Notes under the pieces: model-generated
Seen by the model: only the letters and a program-made list of their open reading frames with translations
Told to the model about the DNA's origin: nothing
Databases searched by the model: none
Position numbers and translations under genes: made by a program
Sequence record: NC_019929.1
Reading direction: 5' to 3' (one strand)
Length of the DNA: 64,000 nt
In this document: piece after piece, positions 57,200-64,000 of the stretch
How positions within the stretch are numbered: position 1 is the first letter of the stretch
Layout of the letters: every line of letters begins with the position of its first letter

Positions 57200-58303
57200 T
57201 CAATTTTCGAGAGCTGCGTACAACGGTTTTATCAGGTTCAGTTGCAGATACGTTTGCACTGACTTGGTTTGACGTTGTAACACTTTCGAATCCTCAAAGC
57301 GGGCGATGTCGATGTTCAAGTTCGATTTGAATTTGTCCATCGAAGGGTTGTCGTATTGCAGTACATACAACGCCCAGTACCAGTTAATGATGTTCTGGTG
57401 CCAACTGGCTTGTGTCGTCGAACCGGAATACCGGTGCTGCACACGGTCTACCGCTGTAGAGGGGTCGAGAGGGTTCTCAAAGAATTGGGGGACGTGGGCT
57501 AATACCGTACCGGGGTGCGGTGTGCCTGCGAGAAGACTTTTGTGTATGTTCCGCGCGTGCCTAACCGTGAGGTCGTGCAATGGCGGAACGTTAACAACGC
57601 GCATCGGCAGGTCATCTTCCATCTCTTTATTAAACGCTACTGCCCGATGGACATTCAGAAATGCGATGTCCATGTAGCTTGGCAACATGCGAGTAATCAC
57701 ATGACGCTGAGCATAAACCACGCTGGTCATCTGTTCCGTTGACTTTCGGTAATGCTGTTCCGCAAGAACGTATTGCCAAAGCAAGGCGACCAGGTTAATT
57801 TCAATGATTGCTACGCCCCGAGGTCGGTTATCGCCGAATTGCCAATTCAAATTGGTATACTCGTGGTAGAGATAGACTGCGGGGGTGTAATCGCGAAATG
57901 GCAGATCCGGATCAACCGGACGAGCGACGAGAGAGATTATCTCATCTTGTCCCTCTATAAAGGCACCGTTATACACTTGCCCAAAGTTGCCGGGCGAAAT
58001 GAGACGTAGTGCATTCCCTATATCGGACAGTTTGCGACGGCAGGCCCATTCGATATCAAGGTATTCAGGTTCAGCTGCATAGCCGATACTGGATAGGATT
58101 TTCAAGATGAGGTGACCGGATCCCACACGCGTCTGCACCGATTCGAGGAAGTTACGAATGCGCTGTTGATTATTTTTTACGGCAGCAACCAATTGTATAG
58201 CGGAAGGGTCCGCGACGTGACCCTTTATGGCCACTTGGTTTAACTCGGCTTGACTGAACATGACGGGCTCCTTTGGTTCCACATAGGAATTGGTCACAGT
58301 CAA
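57200..58303 (-). CDS. Conserved protein between DNA polymerase and chimallin (phiKZ gp52 position), probably virion
   Basis: 367 aa, minus strand; synteny only. Confidence 0.6.
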   Translation of the reverse strand: MTVTNSYVEPKEPVMFSQAELNQVAIKGHVADPSAIQLVAAVKNNQQRIRNFLESVQTRVGSGHLILKILSSIGYAAEPEYLDIEWACRRKLSDIGNALRLISPGNFGQVYNGAFIEGQDEIISLVARPVDPDLPFRDYTPAVYLYHEYTNLNWQFGDNRPRGVAIIEINLVALLWQYVLAEQHYRKSTEQMTSVVYAQRHVITRMLPSYMDIAFLNVHRAVAFNKEMEDDLPMRVVNVPPLHDLTVRHARNIHKSLLAGTPHPGTVLAHVPQFFENPLDPSTAVDRVQHRYSGSTTQASWHQNIINWYWALYVLQYDNPSMDKFKSNLNIDIARFEDSKVLQRQTKSVQTYLQLNLIKPLYAALEN

Positions 58304-58326
58304 AAAAATTACAGATTGATATTATC
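58303..58326 (+). promoter_or_regulatory. Putative phage promoter motif upstream of chimallin
   Basis: AAAAAATTACAGATTGATATTATC, matching 38324..38347; a second AGATATTATTAC lies at 58408..58419. Confidence 0.5.
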
Positions 58327-58467
58327 ATAGTGAGAGTTCTGGTCTTCTGTCTGGTATATGTTATTGCAATAAGCGACGGCTTACCTGTATTCCATATATT
58401 CTCAGGCAGATATTATTACTGTGAACTTCACTACGATTGATATAAAACCACTTAAGGAATATTTACC

Positions 58468-60324
58468 ATGGTAAAAGTAGTAGACACCAACGCAAACAAC
58501 GCTTCTCAGAATGCTAACCTGAACACTGAAACTCAGGCACCTCTGGGCGGTAATGCATCTCAGCCTTCTGCTGCGGCAGCGGCTGCAAGCTCTCTCGGTA
58601 ACGTGGGTCTGTTCGACCGTGCGTTCGGCTGGCAGAGCACCAACTCTTACGCTTCCGCTTACGTTGCTCAACTCGAGGAACTGGCGAAAGAAAACTCCTA
58701 CCTGCGTGGCTTCAAATGGGGCATCGTTGACGGCGTCGGCGCGGACATGGGTTCTGCGGCTTACATCGCTGGCGATTACAACGGTCACTGGCTGTACGGT
58801 ATTCTGTTCTTCGAACGCGGTCAGTCTCTGCGTCTGAAAGAAACTACCGGTGGTGCTGAGTCTTACTACACCATCACTGAGCTGCTGGATACTGAGTTCC
58901 TGAAAACTGTATCCAAAACTATCCAGGCTACGCATCAGCTGCCTAACGCACACTTCATGGCGGTGAACTCCGTACCTGACCTCGGCAAGCAGCTGAGCAA
59001 AGAGTGGGCGCAGCAGTTGACTGGTCAGCTGGCGCTGGGTATCTTCGGTCGTATCCAGGGCTTCCTGGGCCAGATGCAGCTGAGCAAATCCGATCGCTTC
59101 ACCGCGCAGGTCTTCCAGCTGGACGATGGTTCTGTACTGGACGGCAACGGCCACGCACAACGTGCTGACTTCGGTGTGACCCTGGAACACGTTCCGGCAA
59201 CCAGCGATAACAGCACCCCGACTCTGATGGACAACAGTCAGGCGCAGATGTATCCGCGTGTTCACGGTGTTGGCTATGTCAACATGCGTTTCACCGGCCA
59301 GAAACCTGCGGTTAACGGCGTGCCAGATCTCAAGCAGCTTCAGGCGGAAATCGTCGTGTCGCTGATGGACTCTCAGGCCGAAGGTTCTCGCGTTCCGATG
59401 GAACGTCAGATTCTGGAACTGGCAGCGTTCGCAGAAATCGCCTCTATCGGCGGCTGGCGCGACCTGTTCATGAAAGGTCTGAACGGTACCGATCGTAAAT
59501 GGTCTCGTGTGGTTGAATACCTGAACTGGGGTACCGACCAGCGTCCGGACATCTCCAAAATCGACAAGAGCCGCGAAGCGATTGAAGGTTGCCTGGATAT
59601 GTTTGCACCGCGTGAAGCAGCGCTGGTTGTCAGCCATCGTGCCGGTAACGGTATCGGCGGTCTGTCTACCATCCTGTCTGAAATTGCCGGTAATTCCGAT
59701 ATCGCACTGAAACAGCTCCTCACCATTCTGAACGGCATGACCCCGCGTGCCAAGAAGTCTAACGACGAGCTGATCGGTACCACCGGTACTAAGAACTTCA
59801 CTCAGCGCTTTGCCGCCGCACTTGGCAAAGATACCATCACCTGTGCTGACGTCGTGAAAGCTGCCGTACCTACCGTATCCGGTGTGTACACTGGTAACAC
59901 CCAGAAACGTAGCTTCCAGGACATGGACCTGGTGTCTGTGCTGACTAAGTTCGGCGACAACCAAACTGATGTGTACACTTACCTGCACGCTCAGTCCTAC
60001 TCCCACCGTGAACTGAACGCCCGTGCTCAGCGTATCTACATGCTGAAACTGGCTGCGGTTCTGTTCGGTGCTAAAGATGCGCGCATCACCGGCGAATCTC
60101 TGGACATGGCTGTGAACCCGGTATTCGCGAAATGCGTACTGGACTTCGTGCGTGAGAACTGCAACTGGCAGCTGACTGGCGTATCTGCGCACAACAGCAT
60201 CGCTAACTCCCTGTTCTTCAACAACGGCGGTGAGAACTTCACCCTGTCTGGAACTGGTAGCAGCGCGCAGGGTTCTGACTTCTCTCTGGGTGTATCAATC
60301 GGTAGCCTTGACCTGGGCCTGTAA
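58468..60324 (+). CDS. chmA: Chimallin, phage nuclear shell protein
   Basis: 618 aa, extreme high-expression codon bias, low-complexity N-terminal arm, immediately upstream of nvRNAP beta' (conserved chmA position). Confidence 0.85.
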   Translation: MVKVVDTNANNASQNANLNTETQAPLGGNASQPSAAAAAASSLGNVGLFDRAFGWQSTNSYASAYVAQLEELAKENSYLRGFKWGIVDGVGADMGSAAYIAGDYNGHWLYGILFFERGQSLRLKETTGGAESYYTITELLDTEFLKTVSKTIQATHQLPNAHFMAVNSVPDLGKQLSKEWAQQLTGQLALGIFGRIQGFLGQMQLSKSDRFTAQVFQLDDGSVLDGNGHAQRADFGVTLEHVPATSDNSTPTLMDNSQAQMYPRVHGVGYVNMRFTGQKPAVNGVPDLKQLQAEIVVSLMDSQAEGSRVPMERQILELAAFAEIASIGGWRDLFMKGLNGTDRKWSRVVEYLNWGTDQRPDISKIDKSREAIEGCLDMFAPREAALVVSHRAGNGIGGLSTILSEIAGNSDIALKQLLTILNGMTPRAKKSNDELIGTTGTKNFTQRFAAALGKDTITCADVVKAAVPTVSGVYTGNTQKRSFQDMDLVSVLTKFGDNQTDVYTYLHAQSYSHRELNARAQRIYMLKLAAVLFGAKDARITGESLDMAVNPVFAKCVLDFVRENCNWQLTGVSAHNSIANSLFFNNGGENFTLSGTGSSAQGSDFSLGVSIGSLDLGL

Positions 60325-60356
60325 GTCCCGGTTAAGTTGGTTGTAGTAAGTTAGGT

Positions 60357-60398
60357 AGGGACAGGGGCTAACGCCTCTGTCCCTTCTCTCTTTTTTTG
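60357..60398 (+). terminator. Intrinsic terminator after chmA
   Basis: AGGGACAGGGGC-TAAC-GCCTCTGTCCCT then T-rich tract. Confidence 0.75.
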
Positions 60399-60411
60399 TT
60401 GAGGTTGCAGA

Positions 60412-62013
60412 GTGGAAAAGGCACCGAAGTATTACGGCGTATCAGGCCGATTGATTAACCATGACGGGTATTTGCGTGACCTCTATATCGAGGCAGCTGC
60501 AAAAGGCATTAAACCGCCAACCGTTATCAACGACGTTGCCAAGAACGGAGATGCAATTGAAACAGCCGAGCTTATCGATCAGATAATTCAGAACCGAATC
60601 GTCGACGAAGAACTGAACTCGGCACCCATCTGTAGTCTGACCTGCGAGAAACCGATTGCACACCGACCGAATCTGGGTCGTAAGTGTCCAACCTGTGGTT
60701 ACGTGGTAACAGAGCACCGTATCGAATCTGAAGTCTGGGTTCGTGCACCGGATGAGATGGGTAATTTTATCAACCCGCGTTTCTGGGGTTTATTTAATGC
60801 CTTCTTTGGCAGCAAGTTCAAGAAGTTTGACCGCAACAAAGTGACCGTTGAGCGTGGTTCGGATTTGATGATGTGGATTATCGATCCCTATTATCGTCCG
60901 GATGAAGCCGATGGTAAACGTGCGCACGTAGTGAAACGTATCTTAGAGGAACACCGCTTTGAACGTGGACTGCGGAACTTCATCGACCACCACAAAACAA
61001 TCTTCGCCATCCTGACCAGCAGCGATGCCTGGCGGGAAATCTATCCACCCACGCGTCACAATGCAGCAGCCTCTGAGTTGTTACGTTCTCAATGGCAGCA
61101 CTTCTTTGAGACACAGGCGCACGCGTTCTTCCCAACGCACCTTCCGCTGTTATCACCAAAGCTGATTGTGACGGAAGAAGGACGTCGCGGTGTGATGATA
61201 GATCCGGTCTTTACCGGGGCAATTGATGCGGTGAAAAATATCGCATTGTTGTATACTCGCAGTAAACCGATTGAGTCCCGCTTCCTAATCAGTCGCGCAA
61301 TCAAGGCCAATCGGCAGTTGGCGTACTTCTATATCGATTACCGTCGTGAAACGATGGAAGGTAAGCCTGGACACTATCGCGCGAAAATAGGGTCAACCTA
61401 TATTCCGTTTGGTGGCCGTGCAACCATTTCACCGATCTCGGAACCGCACGATGCCTGGAAGCTAAAAGCTCCGTGGCGTTGGGCAGTGGGTCTGATGTCT
61501 GTGGATATCGAGAACAAGTTGCTACGCCGGGGGTACAGTCCTCGCCAGTGCGAACGCATCGTCGCGAAAGCGTGTATGCAGTATATGCCACTGGTGCACG
61601 AAATCTTCAAAGAGCTGATAGCGGAAACGCCTGGTGGTTTGGGGATTATGGTAGAGCCACTGCGTAACCCAACGTTGGTACAGTTGTCCGTACAGACGTT
61701 GTACATCGATGAGATTGTCACCGATGTGAACCAGTGTTCTCTGCGCATCTCTGACCGTGTGATTAAGATGGCGAACGGTGACTTCGATGGCGACCAATTC
61801 CAGGTACGTCGTCCAGTTGACCAGCGTGAAATGGAGCTGGCCTTGGCATACCGTCCGGATAACGGCTTTATGTCCAGCACCGATGTAGACCGTGTCGAAC
61901 ATGGCATGATTTTACATAACGAGCTTATCAGTATGCAGAACCAGTTCCTCATTGAGGCAGATGAGGATGCAGAGATGGGACTGTCGATAGAAGAGATACT
62001 TGCACAGGAGTAA
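60412..62013 (+). CDS. rpoC-like: Non-virion RNA polymerase beta' N-terminal subunit (phiKZ gp55-like)
   Basis: Zn-finger CSLTC...CPTC, LRNPTL and catalytic NGDFDGD. Confidence 0.9.
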   Translation: MEKAPKYYGVSGRLINHDGYLRDLYIEAAAKGIKPPTVINDVAKNGDAIETAELIDQIIQNRIVDEELNSAPICSLTCEKPIAHRPNLGRKCPTCGYVVTEHRIESEVWVRAPDEMGNFINPRFWGLFNAFFGSKFKKFDRNKVTVERGSDLMMWIIDPYYRPDEADGKRAHVVKRILEEHRFERGLRNFIDHHKTIFAILTSSDAWREIYPPTRHNAAASELLRSQWQHFFETQAHAFFPTHLPLLSPKLIVTEEGRRGVMIDPVFTGAIDAVKNIALLYTRSKPIESRFLISRAIKANRQLAYFYIDYRRETMEGKPGHYRAKIGSTYIPFGGRATISPISEPHDAWKLKAPWRWAVGLMSVDIENKLLRRGYSPRQCERIVAKACMQYMPLVHEIFKELIAETPGGLGIMVEPLRNPTLVQLSVQTLYIDEIVTDVNQCSLRISDRVIKMANGDFDGDQFQVRRPVDQREMELALAYRPDNGFMSSTDVDRVEHGMILHNELISMQNQFLIEADEDAEMGLSIEEILAQE

Positions 62014-62016
62014 TGA

Positions 62017-62607
62017 ATGGCAGGCATGTGGTTGCAAGGTAGTACCGTCTGGGGCAGACAGTCGGAAGGTTCCGGAATGTTTGATACATTCAAAGAGAAT
62101 TTCTCTCTTGATGGAATCGCGGCGGATATGCTCGACAGCGTGAAGAAACACACCACGGAGTTAATCTCCCTGGAGCGCTGGCGCGAGACGTTTACTGCTG
62201 CCCGTAAGTTGCGTTATAACGACGTGACAGACGTGGTACGTCAGCTTGATGAGCTGGGCGACTTCCAGTTCGCTAATGAAGCGTTGCAGCCTTTCCTCGT
62301 CGCTATGCCTGAGTATCGTAAGCTGTATAACGAGAAGATGGCCACTGGTTATGAGAACGGGTATTCACAAATCGATGCGTTCCGCGGTAATGCATACATG
62401 CACACCGACGACAACTATCGTGAAGTGACCTCCGGTATGAGTACAGGATACGATGACGAGAAGATTTGGATTTGGGCGTCCAATGAAAATCGTGCAAACC
62501 GTCTGTCCAGTATTCAGAAGGTGGAAATGCAAATCAACTGGACACGTATGCGTGACTTCGACTGGGAAGATGGTGATCCCTGTTCGGAACTCGGCGCTAC
62601 GTGCTAA
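62017..62607 (+). CDS. Conserved hypothetical protein
   Basis: 196 aa directly after nvRNAP beta'. Confidence 0.75.
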   Translation: MAGMWLQGSTVWGRQSEGSGMFDTFKENFSLDGIAADMLDSVKKHTTELISLERWRETFTAARKLRYNDVTDVVRQLDELGDFQFANEALQPFLVAMPEYRKLYNEKMATGYENGYSQIDAFRGNAYMHTDDNYREVTSGMSTGYDDEKIWIWASNENRANRLSSIQKVEMQINWTRMRDFDWEDGDPCSELGATC

Positions 62608-62610
62608 GAA

Positions 62611-62640
62611 AGAAGGGGCTTCGGCCTCTTCTTTTTTTCT
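62611..62640 (+). terminator. Intrinsic terminator (UUCG loop)
   Basis: AGAAGGGGC-TTCG-GCCTCTTCT then T-tract. Confidence 0.75.
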
Positions 62641-62654
62641 AAGAGGAAAAGAAG

Positions 62655-63041
62655 ATGCCGATAGCAGTAGGAACTCTGTCAACCCGTGGGTGGGCGAGAA
62701 CCGCGAAAGAGCAGATTCGTGAACTGATGAATCATTACACTGAGGCAGGCTTTAGCCAGTCGCAGATTTATCAGGGTAACGTAAAATCGCTGGCGAAAGC
62801 CATGCAGGTCTTCTCGCAAGATCCCGATGGGTTGGCGAACCGTGTCAAATCCGATCTCGAAAGCTTGTACGGGAATGTGTTCCCCGAAGGCGTTGAGGTC
62901 ACCACGTCCTGGGAGTATGCTCAGGATTCCGACGTTCGTTACCGCATTAACATTTCACTGCGGGTAATGAAGAACGGTGAGTGGATTGATACGGAGCGTT
63001 ATGTGGAAACAGAATCAAGCACGGTTGAGGATGAGTCATGA
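62655..63041 (+). CDS. Conserved hypothetical protein
   Basis: 128 aa, GAGG RBS. Confidence 0.75.
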   Translation: MPIAVGTLSTRGWARTAKEQIRELMNHYTEAGFSQSQIYQGNVKSLAKAMQVFSQDPDGLANRVKSDLESLYGNVFPEGVEVTTSWEYAQDSDVRYRINISLRVMKNGEWIDTERYVETESSTVEDES

Positions 63042-63730
63042 GTCAGCAAATTTTTAATGGTGTCCCGGTAGACGAACTCCACGGTAAGATGAAGTTTGAG
63101 TTCGATAAACTGTGCGACTTCGAAAAAGAATTGCTCGGTGGGCAATATGTGTGCAGTACCTTTACCGAAGCGATGTTTCGCCGACAGGGTCTGCCACTGC
63201 TGAGCGGGATGTTGGACAACACGTTTAACGAAGTGGCTTGGGAGAACTACGTCGGGAACGCCTTTGTGCCCCTCCAGATTGTATCCGATCTCGACCACTC
63301 GCAGCTGCTGTTTACCATTCCCCCGCTGATGAACACTGGTCGCTCGTTGCAACACATCGAGGGACAGGTGAGCCTGACCGAAGAGACAGAGAACATCCGT
63401 TTACAGGCGGATATCATCTCCGAAGTTGGTGAGCAGCAAATGCACCAGATGATTGACTCGACGCTCTCGGGCATTGAGCAACTGTCATATCTGGAAAATG
63501 CGGTTGCCGCGAAATACAAAATCGACTTACTTAACTGGATATTCCGTCGCTACCAGCTTAATGGGCAATTGGAATACCCGGATGGTTTGTTAGATGTTGT
63601 GGCATTTGCCGAAGGGAAGGGGGTTGCAGCGCCGAGCACCAAGGCTGCTGTTGCCGCACAACCTACGGCACAACCCGAAGTCAAACAAGTTAAGTCGGGC
63701 GGTATCGGCGATGGTGATGACGATTACTAA
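63038..63730 (+). CDS. Conserved hypothetical protein
   Basis: 230 aa, ATGA overlap; Ala/Gln-rich tail. Confidence 0.75.
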   Translation: MSQQIFNGVPVDELHGKMKFEFDKLCDFEKELLGGQYVCSTFTEAMFRRQGLPLLSGMLDNTFNEVAWENYVGNAFVPLQIVSDLDHSQLLFTIPPLMNTGRSLQHIEGQVSLTEETENIRLQADIISEVGEQQMHQMIDSTLSGIEQLSYLENAVAAKYKIDLLNWIFRRYQLNGQLEYPDGLLDVVAFAEGKGVAAPSTKAAVAAQPTAQPEVKQVKSGGIGDGDDDY

Positions 63731-63752
63731 TCCACCTCACAAACCTGTGGGT

Positions 63753-64000
63753 GTGAAAAGAATCTTCAGTACCGGGGATGTGCACCTGCTGCATAAGCGG
63801 GTGCCAACCTGGCACATTGTCATGGTGTTTAAAGAAGCACTGTTGGCATGTGGAAATACGATTGATGCCCTTTATATAGCCGGGGACTTATTTGATGATT
63901 CCCGGCAGTTGCGCCAAGAGGATTCTCACGAAGCCGTGGGATTTCTGACCTGGTTGCTCAACTGGGCAAAAGAGACAAATACGGCTATCCGTATTGTTGA
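63753..64000 (+). CDS. SbcD/Mre11-like metallophosphoesterase nuclease (truncated by window end)
   Basis: Hand-translated from GTG63753: MKRIFSTGDVHLLH...LYIAGDLFDDS (GDxH and GD motifs), open to 64000. Confidence 0.75.
   Translation, partial: MKRIFSTGDVHLLHKRVPTWHIVMVFKEALLACGNTIDALYIAGDLFDDSRQLRQEDSHEAVGFLTWLLNWAKETNTAIRIV

Noticed and set aside
58402-60192. 596-aa antisense ORF over chimallin
   Set aside because: In-register mirror of a gene with extreme codon bias (few TTA, CTA and TCA codons give few antisense stops). It has no RBS and non-protein-like composition.
1-64000. CRISPR array, integrase, transposase or rRNA
   Set aside because: No regularly spaced identical repeats, recombinase or DDE motifs, or rRNA-like sequence were seen.

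Overview
This 64-kb window comes from a nucleus-forming jumbo phage (phiKZ-related, Chimalliviridae). Gene order and recalled protein motifs place it closest to the Salmonella SPN3US / Erwinia phiEaH2-Asesino group. In order it holds: small accessory genes (a MazG-like hydrolase and a 51-aa peptide ending like the NrdA C-terminal tail); tail genes including a 2382-aa tape-measure protein with a lytic transglycosylase domain; three virion RNA polymerase subunits; the prohead protease; accessory nucleotide enzymes; tail tube, sheath and neighbouring virion genes; and the large terminase. A largely non-coding ~1.4-kb region with an AT-rich origin-like element follows, then an HslV-like peptidase and a TAXI-like periplasmic binding protein. 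Next is a cluster of 12 tRNAs interspersed with several non-canonical structured RNAs, a run of conserved hypothetical genes, the split family-B DNA polymerase subunit, chimallin, the non-virion RNAP beta' N-terminal subunit and a truncated SbcD/Mre11-like nuclease. The most unexplained signals are a ~560-nt densely base-paired non-coding element upstream of tRNA-Gly, two tRNA-shaped RNAs whose anticodon arm is replaced by a 62-64-nt extension, three consecutive ~60-nt stem-closed units after the last tRNA, and the stand-alone NrdA-tail mimic. No database searches or folding programs were run. Homolog assignments rest on motifs, synteny and recall, and all RNA pairings were read by eye.
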